A stretch of 64,000 nucleotides of DNA, from IMG/VR virus record IMGVR_UViG_3300020195_000009, positions 222,006 to 286,005 of that record; one strand, 5' to 3'. Positions 1-9,608 of this stretch are shown here, piece by piece. The notes below the pieces were generated by a model. That model saw only the letters and a list, made by a program, of their open reading frames with translations. It was not told the DNA's origin and searched no databases. The stretch's first letter is position 1; every line of letters starts with the position of its first letter. A program made the translations under genes and the position numbers.

Positions 1-20
1 GGTGGAAGATCACCCGCGTC

Positions 21-1898
21 ATGTTGGCGGCGGGGTGGAAGTACAAGGCCAGTGGGGATACGGCCGTCAAGGAGAGTGCAGGCGTCTCCACCGATGATCG
101 CTGGGCGATCGGTGGAATTACCAATCACGTTCAGGTTGGGGCTCAAGGCGGAACATCTCCGATCATCACGACGGGAGCGAGCGGTGTCATCACCCTCACA
201 GGCATCTCGGGCTTTGTGGCCGCATCGGTAGGTCGCTACATCAGACTCACTGGGTTCGGTGATGCCAACGACGGCCTGTTTCGCATTCTCTCGCAGGGTG
301 GTACAACGCTTACGTACTTCAACCCGAACTGCCCGGGCTCAGCAACGGGGGGTGTAAGCCAGACGTGGTCTGAGCGTCAGGGCGGAACAGCGGCAAGCTC
401 CGGTTTGTCAGGCTCGGCCCCTGCAACACCGGGACGGCAAAACATCACGGGCCTGACTGGGATGGTTCTGGCCACGTCGTTCATGCGTGGTTCGGTAGGA
501 AACCGCCTGACGATCAGTGGTGCAGCGACAGGTGCGAACAACGGTACCTTCATGATCACTCGTGTCTTGTCCGCGACTTCCGTAGAGGTCGACAACGCCG
601 CGGGGGTTGTGGACGCCAACAACGGAGCAATCCTCTGGTCCGAAGTAGACCCCCTTCAACAAGTTTTCCCTGTGGGTACTATCGGAGGCGCAACAGCAGG
701 ACAGTGGATCTGTCTCCAAGGCCCCTCAACGATCAAAGTCCCGATCGGTGCGGGTGTTCCAACCGGCACGTTCCGAAAGGGAGAGAACGTCACGCAGGCG
801 ACGTCCCTAGCTGAAGGTGAAGTCATCGGCGTCCAAGTCGATACCGGAGGAGGTCTCGGCTATCTCGTCATCATGCCCCGCCTGAACGGCATTGGAGCTG
901 GTGTTCGAGGCTGGAGTAACACTGCGGTCATCACCGGCTCTATTTCGGGAGCTACGGCCACGCCAACGGCAACACTGATCGAGTACGTGCGTGAGTGCGT
1001 TTGGACGAAAGGCGTCAACAATACTTCAGGTTACAGTGGCCACTGGTTTCAGCAGTGCGTGGATTCTGTCGGGGAGTCGGCGCAGCGTTTCTCGGTACTA
1101 GCTACGGCAGGGGCGGTCACTGCGTCTCTGATGCCGGGGTTGCCCACGGGAACGTTCCCTACCCTTGGAACCTACGCGGTACTTGGGACGGGCGGGGCCA
1201 ACGCCGCAACGACAGGAGTAAGCAACTTCTATGACGCCAACAATGGCACCGCGAATCTGGGTGTGGTCCAGATGATGTGTGCAAACTGCATTGGCACCTC
1301 CGGGATTTCCGAAGACGGTAGCTGGCTCTTGTGTCCTGGGGTGCCAGTCAACGGTGTCAACGGTTGGTTTGGGTTTCAGTACTGTGAGAATTCCGAAGAT
1401 GGTGATGTAGACCCCTACGTCACGAATCCGCAGAGCAACTCCACTTCATACGGAGGCGTCCGTACGTCTGGCGCTGTGTCTCACGGCCAGTTCAGGGCAG
1501 ATTGGTTCAATCAGTTCGCTTCCGCATCCACGCCTTGGCGTGGATACCGTCGTCGAGGAATGGCGTCAGGGGACGCTTTCCAAGAATTCGGCTGCGCGAT
1601 CCTCGGGAACGCCAGCGCTAACGTGGGTGCGAACAACCCGAACAGCCAAGAGCGAGTGGCGTGTGTTCCAACGCAGCTCACAGTGGTGAAGGATCAACTC
1701 TGGGTGATCTCGACGCAGTCCAGCCAGAAGATGCGCAAGGGAAGTCTGCGTTGGATGGTCTCGATCGCCTTCGTTACGCCTGGCGGTCTCTACGACAACG
1801 GCCGTTTTGTCGGGATCGGCTTGGGTCTGTACGGGACAGCCTTCTCTAGCTACGCGGTTGGTCCGTGGGACGGCGTAACGCCTGGCGGATACTCCTGA
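21..1898 (+). CDS. Gly/Thr-rich putative virion/tail structural protein (probably 5'-truncated by window edge); paralog of next gene
   Basis: 625-aa ORF sharing blocks with 1914..3650 (GWKYKASGD/GWRYKASSD, GPSTIKVPIGAGVPTGTF, MCANCI, EDGDVDPYV, QKMRKG.LRW, GPWD). Confidence 0.6.
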   Translation: MLAAGWKYKASGDTAVKESAGVSTDDRWAIGGITNHVQVGAQGGTSPIITTGASGVITLTGISGFVAASVGRYIRLTGFGDANDGLFRILSQGGTTLTYFNPNCPGSATGGVSQTWSERQGGTAASSGLSGSAPATPGRQNITGLTGMVLATSFMRGSVGNRLTISGAATGANNGTFMITRVLSATSVEVDNAAGVVDANNGAILWSEVDPLQQVFPVGTIGGATAGQWICLQGPSTIKVPIGAGVPTGTFRKGENVTQATSLAEGEVIGVQVDTGGGLGYLVIMPRLNGIGAGVRGWSNTAVITGSISGATATPTATLIEYVRECVWTKGVNNTSGYSGHWFQQCVDSVGESAQRFSVLATAGAVTASLMPGLPTGTFPTLGTYAVLGTGGANAATTGVSNFYDANNGTANLGVVQMMCANCIGTSGISEDGSWLLCPGVPVNGVNGWFGFQYCENSEDGDVDPYVTNPQSNSTSYGGVRTSGAVSHGQFRADWFNQFASASTPWRGYRRRGMASGDAFQEFGCAILGNASANVGANNPNSQERVACVPTQLTVVKDQLWVISTQSSQKMRKGSLRWMVSIAFVTPGGLYDNGRFVGIGLGLYGTAFSSYAVGPWDGVTPGGYS

Positions 1899-1913
1899 AG
1901 GAAGAAGAAGACC

Positions 1914-3650
1914 ATGCCTAACGTAACTATCCCCAACGCGTCCCTCATCTCAGGCTCTTCGGACTTCATCAGCTCGTGGTGGCGCCTCACACGTGGCCTG
2001 AAGGCCTCGGGCTGGCGGTACAAGGCCAGTTCAGACGGTGCAGCGAAGGAGACCACGGGCAACCCCTCCCTCGACAAATGGGGCGGCGGTGTTCAGGTCG
2101 GATCGCAGACGGCGACCGTGTCGTTCGTCATCGGAGCCCCGACGACGACGGCCAAAGGCGGTCGTTCGATCATCACTGGGCTGACGGGTTTCACGGCGAC
2201 GACGCCTACTGGTGGATCACCTGGGCGCTTCCTGGTGATCACTGGAGCGACAAACGCCGCGAACAACGGAACTTGGTTGATCACCAAGTTCATCTCGGCC
2301 ACTTCGGTGGAGATCGAGAACCCCGCGGCGATTGCGGAGACAACACCGGGTACGGCGACATGGACCGAGAAGTCCGCGGTCACGGACACGATGCCTGCCG
2401 CGTTCCAAGGAACGGCGGGGTCGGGAGCTTGGTGGTGTGCTGAAGGCCCTTCGACGATGAAGATCCCCATCGGAGCTGGGGTTCCCACGGGCACCTTCAT
2501 TCGAGGAGAGAACGTCGTTCAGACAACCAGCGGAGCCACTGGCGAGTTGCTCGGTGTCATGACCGATGCTGCGGGGGGCGCCGGGCATCTGGTCATCGCT
2601 CCGCGGGCAAGCGGCACAGGAGCTGCCGTTCGAGGGTGGGGCTCCGCGAACACGATCACAGGCTCAACTTCGGGCGCCACGATTGTGTCGGCAGGAACCC
2701 CTATCGAGTACGTGCGGGAGCTTGTGATCTGGAAAGGCAGTTCCACGGCCACGCACGGCCACATGTACTTCCAGTGCATCGACAGCGTGAACGAAAGTAC
2801 GCCCGCAACTACGGTCGGCCGATTCTCGCAGATGGCTACTCTCGGCGGTTGCACTGCAACGGTGGCTCCTGGTGGTGTGACAGCAGCAGCTCCTAGTGCG
2901 AACGGTTTTCCAGTCGTCGGCACCTATGTCATCTGTGGACAGGGCGGCCCTGCAACGCTTGGTACAAACCAGACCCGGCTCTTCAGTGGCTCTTCAAACA
3001 CGGACGCCTATGGTGTCTGCAACGCGATGTGCGCGAACTGCATCGAGGACGTGGGCGTCTCGCAAGACGGTAGCTACATCTTGTCGATCAGCGTGAGCGC
3101 TAGCTCCGCGTACATCGGATCGGCCTTCCAGCGCTGCGATGATGGAGAAGAGGGTGATGTAGACCCGTATGTCCACTGGCAGCAAGGCGCAGCCAACTAC
3201 GATTCGGCGCCGACGACGACAGCCAGAACGATCCGAAACGTGGAGACAGGATCTACTCCCGATACCTTCCGTTCCGGGTTTATTGCTGCGAACGCCTACA
3301 CGCCATTTCTAGGTTCGCGGCGTAGGGGCTTCCCGACACAAGATGCCTACCAAGTCTTCCAGGGAGGGTTCTTGATCTTCTCTCCGGGTACGGGCACGAT
3401 TGCTCAGAACCTCGGCACTGTAGATCGAGTAGCGACAGCTCCGGTCAACACCGCCGTGCGGGAACCTATTTGGGTTCACTCCGTGCAGTACAACCAGAAA
3501 ATGCGCAAAGGCACTTTGCGCTGGATGTTCTGGATCATGGGCGGTGTCGCCACGGACACCTACGACACCAAGAGTTATGTGCAGATGGCCACGACGATCT
3601 TCGCCACCGTTGCTGGTCCATGGGATCAGTCCACAGTTCCTACGCTCTGA
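1914..3650 (+). CDS. Gly/Thr-rich putative virion/tail structural protein, tandem paralog
   Basis: 578-aa ORF, purine-rich RBS upstream, ATNAANNGTW repeat unit shared with the upstream gene. Confidence 0.65.
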   Translation: MPNVTIPNASLISGSSDFISSWWRLTRGLKASGWRYKASSDGAAKETTGNPSLDKWGGGVQVGSQTATVSFVIGAPTTTAKGGRSIITGLTGFTATTPTGGSPGRFLVITGATNAANNGTWLITKFISATSVEIENPAAIAETTPGTATWTEKSAVTDTMPAAFQGTAGSGAWWCAEGPSTMKIPIGAGVPTGTFIRGENVVQTTSGATGELLGVMTDAAGGAGHLVIAPRASGTGAAVRGWGSANTITGSTSGATIVSAGTPIEYVRELVIWKGSSTATHGHMYFQCIDSVNESTPATTVGRFSQMATLGGCTATVAPGGVTAAAPSANGFPVVGTYVICGQGGPATLGTNQTRLFSGSSNTDAYGVCNAMCANCIEDVGVSQDGSYILSISVSASSAYIGSAFQRCDDGEEGDVDPYVHWQQGAANYDSAPTTTARTIRNVETGSTPDTFRSGFIAANAYTPFLGSRRRGFPTQDAYQVFQGGFLIFSPGTGTIAQNLGTVDRVATAPVNTAVREPIWVHSVQYNQKMRKGTLRWMFWIMGGVATDTYDTKSYVQMATTIFATVAGPWDQSTVPTL

Positions 3651-3657
3651 TTGACCA

Positions 3658-4062
3658 ATGGCTGATCAAGGAGCTTCTCAGGCAAGGAGCAACGAGACGC
3701 TCAATCGCGCCTCCTCGTTTCAGGGGCGAGATGGGGCGGCTGCGGTCAGTCGTTCGGTAACGTCATCCGCGAACTATCTGGGTCAAGATCGACGCTCGGT
3801 GGAGTCAACCGTAGTAGCAGTCGGGTCAACTTTCGATGGTGCGGACCGCGCTGCTGCAAGACGTTCAAGTGCTGGCGTGCCTCGTGGGACAAGAGACGGT
3901 CTTGTTCGGACGTACGTGCTCCGAAGGTTCCTCGGTTGGAATGGAGGCACGCCCGTTCGTTGGGTCAGTGCTACGGACACACCCCCACAACCAGGACTCA
4001 CCAACATCACTATCGAAGACGAGGCTCTGGTGCGCTTTCCGGTAGGGGGACGGGTTCGATGA
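3658..4062 (+). CDS. small structural-module protein, paralog of 5600..5884
   Basis: Identical N-terminus MADQGASQAR and shared LGW.G.TPVRW.S...LTNIT.EDE. Confidence 0.6.
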   Translation: MADQGASQARSNETLNRASSFQGRDGAAAVSRSVTSSANYLGQDRRSVESTVVAVGSTFDGADRAAARRSSAGVPRGTRDGLVRTYVLRRFLGWNGGTPVRWVSATDTPPQPGLTNITIEDEALVRFPVGGRVR

Positions 4063-5591
4063 GGAAAGTCCTTCGCCTCCATGACTCCTTCCGTTTCGTT
4101 GCGCCGGTCATCTTCGGGGCAAGGCCGAGCCCGACCGCGAACAATGGTCTCCGTCCCATCACGGTGCTTGGGAAGAACTTCGTCAACGCGCCGGTCGTTA
4201 CGGTGTCTGGGGTTCCCGCTACGAGTGTGTGGCGTTTGTCAGACTCCTTGCTCACGTGCTTGCCCCCGGCTGGTGCGGTGGGGGTGAAGAATCTGGTTGT
4301 CACGAATCCCGATGGGCAGCACAGCGGCACGAGCGGCAACGGTCTCCTTGAATTTGTTTTGTGGCCGCACATCACCTCGATCACGCCCAATACAGGCACT
4401 GCCGATGGTGGCACAGCGATCACCAATCTCGCTGGGTCAGGGTTCGTTAGTGGTTGCACGGTTACGATCGGTGGTGCGCCTGCGCCCAGCGTCGTTTTCG
4501 TTTCGTCTTCCCAGCTGACGTGCGTGACTCCGTTACGCACGATAGGAGCGAAGGATGTAGTCGTAACGAATCCGGACGGGTCGACGTCAGGTACGGCAGG
4601 GAACGGGTTGTTCACGTACACGTTGCCGTTCGATCCGACGACTCTAGTGTTGTCGTCTTACCAGCGAGACTACACGGATGCCGATGCGAGTAGCCTTACT
4701 TGGCTAGGTACTGCCAGCGCAGGAATCAGTGCTCAGCACAAAGAAGGCCAGCTCTCCGCTATGCCGCTCGCAACGGCTCCGTTGAATGGTTTCAAGGGGG
4801 CTGGATACACGCGAGCGTCAGGAAGGAATACGGCGACAAGGAGAGTGTCTGATAACGGGGCTGTCCTGATGGATCCTACGCTGGTCACAAATACAGCATA
4901 CACCGCCTCATTTTTCCTGGATCTCATGGAGGCGAGAAAAGGGAATGCGACGATCTACCTCAACTCCAGCGTGTTCCAAGCGGATGCGCACTGGGGGTGG
5001 ATGTTCAAGTCCACGGCGTCACTTACGACGCAGGTTGCCATCACGATCACTGCGAGCACGCGGACAATCGATCGCGCGAATGGCAGTTGGATTACAGACG
5101 GCTTTGTAACAGGCCAGACGGTCTACATTCGACGGTCAGTTTTCAACGATGGTTTCGTCTCAACGACACTGCTTAGTGTTTCCGCCCTTACGCTCACTTT
5201 CAACGTTGGAAGTAACCTCGTTGATGAGGTCAGCCTCTTTAGCGATGACATCGCGATCTCCGCGGGTCCTTACGCCTTCATGGTGTTCAATTACACCGGG
5301 TCGTTCCCCTTCGTTGAGGTGGTCACAACTCCAGGACTTCATTGGTACTACGTGCGGCGTACAGCTTCTGGCACCATCCAGATTGATATCGACGGAGTAG
5401 CAGGAACGCCGACTGCTCTTGTAGATCACATCGGTGCCAGCGGCATTGGAGCCCAAACAAACACAAGCTATGGAGGTGCTCAGTGTTCGTTCGTGCTGTA
5501 TGAGCGCTTCACTGCGCTTGTCTCTCAGTCCACGACGGAGCGAACCGACTACAAGCGGTACCTGAACGCCAAGTACGGCACGGCCTACTGA
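4059..5591 (+). CDS. IPT/TIG Ig-like repeat protein, probably virion-associated
   Basis: Two Ig-like units (VVTNPDG twice, ITSITPNTGTADGGTAIT); ATG at 4059 overlaps the upstream stop (ATGA). Confidence 0.7.
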   Translation: MRKVLRLHDSFRFVAPVIFGARPSPTANNGLRPITVLGKNFVNAPVVTVSGVPATSVWRLSDSLLTCLPPAGAVGVKNLVVTNPDGQHSGTSGNGLLEFVLWPHITSITPNTGTADGGTAITNLAGSGFVSGCTVTIGGAPAPSVVFVSSSQLTCVTPLRTIGAKDVVVTNPDGSTSGTAGNGLFTYTLPFDPTTLVLSSYQRDYTDADASSLTWLGTASAGISAQHKEGQLSAMPLATAPLNGFKGAGYTRASGRNTATRRVSDNGAVLMDPTLVTNTAYTASFFLDLMEARKGNATIYLNSSVFQADAHWGWMFKSTASLTTQVAITITASTRTIDRANGSWITDGFVTGQTVYIRRSVFNDGFVSTTLLSVSALTLTFNVGSNLVDEVSLFSDDIAISAGPYAFMVFNYTGSFPFVEVVTTPGLHWYYVRRTASGTIQIDIDGVAGTPTALVDHIGASGIGAQTNTSYGGAQCSFVLYERFTALVSQSTTERTDYKRYLNAKYGTAY

Positions 5592-5599
5592 GATGAACC

Positions 5600-5884
5600 A
5601 TGGCTGATCAAGGAGCGTCACAAGCAAGAGGGATCTCCGTACCGACTTCGAGCACAGCTACGTTTAGTGGTCACAACCACGCCGCAGCTGCTAAGCAGGC
5701 GCCGTTCGTGCGAGCAGGAATACTAGATGGACTAGATCACAAGCAGTTGCCACTAGTGAGCTTCAAGCTCCTGGGGTGGGACGGTGCAACGCCTGTTCGG
5801 TGGATCTCCCGTAGCTACGTTTCAGCCAGAGACAACCTCACGAACATCACGGTCGAAGACGAGTGGGAAGTCGCAGACGAGTGA
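5600..5884 (+). CDS. small structural-module protein, paralog of 3658..4062
   Basis: MADQGASQAR N-terminus and shared C-terminal block. Confidence 0.6.
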   Translation: MADQGASQARGISVPTSSTATFSGHNHAAAAKQAPFVRAGILDGLDHKQLPLVSFKLLGWDGATPVRWISRSYVSARDNLTNITVEDEWEVADE

Positions 5885-5908
5885 CTTGACGCCAAACCGG
5901 AGACATCC

Positions 5909-6106
5909 ATGACGCTCACTGAACGCAACCATATCGAGGCGCTGTTTCACATCCCCTCGAACAACATCATTGATCTGACCACCCAGCAGGACATCAACGA
6001 TCCCGACGTGTGGACCGGCTACGTTCGCATCTGGCCGGATAGCCCCGTGTTTGATGAGTTCACGGCTCTCGAAGGGTCTGGCCTCACACTCAAGCCAGGT
6101 CCGTAG
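5909..6106 (+). CDS. hypothetical protein
   Basis: GGAG RBS, in operon orientation. Confidence 0.5.
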   Translation: MTLTERNHIEALFHIPSNNIIDLTTQQDINDPDVWTGYVRIWPDSPVFDEFTALEGSGLTLKPGP

Positions 6107-6113
6107 TCCTAAA

Positions 6114-6657
6114 ATGAAATTAGACGCAAACCAGGTCTACCCAGGGATCTGGCAAGGCTCAATCCCACCCGAAGGCTACACCCTCCACAAGTTTGGGTTT
6201 CGTGGGCTCGTCCTTTGCGCTCAAGAACACCAACCCAAGACTGAGCGGTTCCCAGGGATCAACGTCATCCACTCCCCCAACGATGACGACTTCACCCGGC
6301 TCCCAACTAGGGAAGAACTACAGATGGCCCTCCAGAGCGCCAGGAAGGTCGCTGCAATGGTCTCGGGGGGGTGAGTCTGTCCTTGTGACCTGCCGGATGG
6401 GAAAGAACCGCTCAGGGCTTGTCAGCGCCTTGGCGCTTCATCTCCTGACCGGCCAAGAGGGGTTGGCTTGTATCCAGCACATCCAAAGTCGACGTAAAGG
6501 CGCCCTTCGGAACTCTGGGTTCAACCAGTGCCTTGTGAAGCTGCAATCAGTCAGCGCGGGGGGTCTCACTGGCAAAGACGTAAGCCGACCCATCCCACTT
6601 GTAGGTGCGAGTAATCGAACCCGCAGGGCCCCCAGCCGAGCCCCTCAGCACGACTGA
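6114..6657 (+). pseudogene. dual-specificity/tyrosine phosphatase split by a frameshift in a G7 run
   Basis: N-half NQVYPGIWQGS in one frame; catalytic VLVTCRMGKNRSG (CX5R) in another; removing one G at 6365-6371 joins them. Confidence 0.7.
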
Positions 6658-6921
6658 CACCTTGAGAATTGACGACGTGGATATCGTGACTCGACCCTCA
6701 CCCGTCCAAACCACCTGCTTTTTCTGGTCCTTCGACACCCGGTAAGCCGTCACATCCGGGGAATAACAAGCACAATCAGGGTCCTCAACCGTGTGGATAC
6801 AGTTGGGGCCAACAAGGGCGTCCCCCACATCACACACGGACTTGGGCTCTGCGGCAGCAAGGCCTGAAACCGAGAGGGTAGCAACCGCGACGAGTCCAGC
6901 GAGGATGTTTCGGAGGCCCAT
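6547..6921 (-). CDS. secreted/periplasmic hypothetical protein
   Basis: Signal-peptide-like N-terminus ending AAA; ATG at +1 of a class I promoter. Confidence 0.6.
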   Translation of the reverse strand: MGLRNILAGLVAVATLSVSGLAAAEPKSVCDVGDALVGPNCIHTVEDPDCACYSPDVTAYRVSKDQKKQVVWTGEGRVTISTSSILKVSVVLRGSAGGPAGSITRTYKWDGSAYVFASETPRAD

Positions 6922-6957
6922 GTATCTAGGACACCCGAAAGTGGGTCTGATTCAACC
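6922..6957 (-). promoter_or_regulatory. class I promoter, leaderless
   Basis: GGTTGAATC-N14-GTGTC-N8-ATG(6921). Confidence 0.75.
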
Positions 6958-7322
6958 AAAATAGACAACTAGGGCTTCTTTTCGAGAGGCCGCTCTGTAG
7001 GTGTAGGGGCACCCTTGTAGAGCCCTGCGCCGGGGGGCAGTCTCTTTTTGATAGCCGGGGGCGGATCACTCTTCACACGATCGATAAACGCCTTCGTAAC
7101 TTCGAGGATCTGCCTAGCCTCCTCGGTGACCGCCTGAATTTGACCCGACTCACGCCGGAAGAGTTTCGGAGCCGTATCGCTCACGGCGTTTGGTTTGACC
7201 TCTTCAGTCCCACCTTCTTGAATTTGGTCAGGTTTGAGCATAAAGAGCCTCGGTGCTGTTCCGCCCATGGTGCTCCTCCTTACCTAACAGGATCGTTCGA
7301 TAAGTCAAAATGAGGGCACCTT

Positions 7323-7838
7323 TCAACGGGATGGTTTGATCAAACCTAGCGCAGATTGAAGCCCTTGAAGCAAACCCCGAACCTCAGCCATTGTATTTTT
7401 GACCTGAGCAATCTCCTCGGCTCGCTGACGGTCCGCCTGCTCAAAGTCCTCTTCGGGGACACACCTCTTGATCTTGCTTTCAAGCCTTTCGTGGCACTCC
7501 TCGATGTCTTTGAACTGACCCTCCAGCTTACGAAGGCGCTCTTCAAAACCAACGCTCTCCAAGTTGGTGAACGAGCCGGGTCTCCGACGTGGCCAGCTCT
7601 CATCCCCCTGCTGTTCTCGCTGGTAGTGCTCACGAACACTCTTGAGCCCCTCCTCCATGAGGTGAATGGAGTACACGAGGCCTGTCTTGCTATCGATTGA
7701 GCCGATCTTCTTCTCCAGCTCTTCCACTCGCTTTTTGATATCGCGGAAAAAGGCGAGGATCGTAGAAAGAGCCGTACCGCCACCTGAGATGACCGCAGGT
7801 ACAACACTCTCTAGGAGGTGGTCGAGAGAGAAAGCCAT
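7323..7838 (-). CDS. N-terminal hydrophobic segment plus coiled-coil protein (possible lysis-associated membrane protein)
   Basis: Hydrophobic residues ~10-30, then heptad-rich coil; GGAGG RBS. Confidence 0.5.
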   Translation of the reverse strand: MAFSLDHLLESVVPAVISGGGTALSTILAFFRDIKKRVEELEKKIGSIDSKTGLVYSIHLMEEGLKSVREHYQREQQGDESWPRRRPGSFTNLESVGFEERLRKLEGQFKDIEECHERLESKIKRCVPEEDFEQADRQRAEEIAQVKNTMAEVRGLLQGLQSALGLIKPSR

Positions 7839-7942
7839 GATCCTCCGGTTGGACCTTCCAGAAGGCCTAATCTAGCCAAACCATAAGGCAAAAACCGTGG
7901 TAGGTGAGAAGGGGCCCTTGTCTAAAGGTAACCCATAAATTG

Positions 7943-7980
7943 AAAAAGGCCGGCAGGAGTTTTGAACCCCTGCCGGCCTC
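7943..7980 (-). terminator. intrinsic terminator
   Basis: AGGCCGGCAGG/CCTGCCGGCCT stem followed by a T run on the minus strand, downstream of the TROVE remnant. Confidence 0.7.
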
Positions 7981-8001
7981 TTGACGTGTTGGAAGGTCTA
8001 C

Positions 8002-8495
8002 TTACAGTTCGACCTTCTCGATTACATCGACCCAGTGGTCCTTCGTGGCACCCTTGGTGAAGGCCGACACAACCTCGAACACGGTGTCCGAGAAACCACC
8101 CACGTTGAGAATGTTACCGTCCTGATCAGGGACCTGAACGGTACTGTGTGGCGTCAAGTCGATGCAGACCAACTTGGCGTTGGGGCAGCGGCGCTTGAGG
8201 ATGAGCCACTGCTCCATCATCGCCGTTCCACGACCCCCGGCCCCAATAGGGTGCGCCCAGGACTCGTAGTCGGAGACGAAAACCACGAGGTCTACATGAG
8301 CCCGCTCCGCATTGAGAGCCCGGAGCGGCGCATCGCAGTTCGTGGCCCCACCCCGGAACGAAGCGAGCCTCGTAGGCCTCCACACGAGCCGGCAGGTTGC
8401 CTTCGATCGGGAAGACCTCCTCCCCGAACTTCGCCGCCGTCTTCCCAATGAGGTAGGCGTGAAGAGCCGAACGAACCTTGGTCTTGAGGTTGGGG
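8002..8495 (-). pseudogene. Ro60/TROVE-VWA remnant with internal deletions
   Basis: C-terminal GGATNC..L..VDLVVFVSD.ESW..AKLVCIDL..ILNVGGFSD.VF typical of bacterial Ro60; out-of-frame upstream fragment ALHAYLIGK..LPARVEAYEA resembles mid-TROVE. Confidence 0.7.
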
Positions 8496-8518
8496 GTTAG
8501 TTACATCATAAGGACGAA

Positions 8519-9232
8519 CTAGGCACGCTTTTTCTGACGGCGGCTCGTCCGAGAGGCCACATAGGCCTTCGCAACCCTCTTGAATTTCGGGAACTTCGCC
8601 CCGAAGAGTGAATGTTCTTTCCCAGCCGTCCTGTAGATCGTGTACCCACCCTTCGCGATCGTGAAGGGTTTCTTGAGGACACTCATCTGGTCGAACCGTC
8701 GAAGCGAGTCAGACCCAGGGTCGTTCGAGTCGAACCACTCGGGGAAGAGGAAGTTCGACACGGACACGCTCTTCTTTCCGACCTTGATCGGGTAGGCGTC
8801 CCCCTCGACAGCATCGCAAAGCTCCCAAGCGTGGCTCTTGCCATCCGGGGCATCCCCCCACTTGTTGCAGTTGGGGTCACCCCAAAGCTCCAGGATCTCG
8901 TGGGAGAGGACACAAGAGAGAGAGTTGGGCCCTTCAAACTTGGTGCCTCCGTTGTCGAGGATGACGCCCACGAAGACCTTGCCGTACTCCCTCCCCTCAG
9001 GATCCTCGAAATGGTACCCAAGAGCATCCGCCTCATCCGCTTCGTCAAAGAAGTAGATAGGGCACGCCTCATCCGGCACCTGCCGTGGGTCCTCGTAGAA
9101 GATGACCGGGGCTACCCTAGCATCCCAGGCCGGGGCAGCATGCCGACGCATCTGAGAGGCACACGCCTTCGTCATCAGTAGAACTTCGTCGTTCGTGACC
9201 CTTTTGGACTTGTTTACGATGGCGATGAGCAT
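8519..9232 (-). CDS. putative zincin-like metalloprotease
   Basis: ALGYH, SHEILE, ELCDAVE and VSNFLFPEWF motifs; GGAGG RBS. Confidence 0.55.
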   Translation of the reverse strand: MLIAIVNKSKRVTNDEVLLMTKACASQMRRHAAPAWDARVAPVIFYEDPRQVPDEACPIYFFDEADEADALGYHFEDPEGREYGKVFVGVILDNGGTKFEGPNSLSCVLSHEILELWGDPNCNKWGDAPDGKSHAWELCDAVEGDAYPIKVGKKSVSVSNFLFPEWFDSNDPGSDSLRRFDQMSVLKKPFTIAKGGYTIYRTAGKEHSLFGAKFPKFKRVAKAYVASRTSRRQKKRA

Positions 9233-9266
9233 GCTGGCCTCCGTGGAAGCCAGCGAACAAGTAGGA

Positions 9267-9563
9267 TCACACTGCTACGAAGCTGGGACCCCGGTAGGTC
9301 GCCAGGACTGCACCCGTCTGCTGATCCTTGATGAAAGCCGAGAAGACAACCTGCACCCCGAGGTGCTCATTGCAACCACCCGACTTCGAGGAAGCCTCGA
9401 AGTGCTCGATGTACGCCTTGAGGTTCTCCTCAGTCGGCTTCCCATGTGCCGGGATCTGCCCCTGCTTGCGGGTCCGCCACTCAGCGGGGGTACAACGGGC
9501 CGTCCCGTTGTACCCCGTGATCGTCATCTCCACCGTGACCGGAATCATTCGGCTGCGTCCCAT
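9267..9563 (-). CDS. hypothetical phage protein (leaderless)
   Basis: ATG at +1 of class I promoter. Confidence 0.65.
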   Translation of the reverse strand: MGRSRMIPVTVEMTITGYNGTARCTPAEWRTRKQGQIPAHGKPTEENLKAYIEHFEASSKSGGCNEHLGVQVVFSAFIKDQQTGAVLATYRGPSFVAV

Positions 9564-9599
9564 ACTGAGAGAACACGCAGCTCCCCTCTGGATTCAACT
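9564..9599 (-). promoter_or_regulatory. class I promoter, leaderless
   Basis: AGTTGAATC-N14-GTGTT-N8-ATG(9563). Confidence 0.75.
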
Positions 9600-9608
9600 T
9601 TAATCGTC

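Noticed and set aside
21-5591. Genome-wide TAG reassignment
   Set aside because: Long structural ORFs are open in code 11 and I found no convincing TAG-split gene in this window
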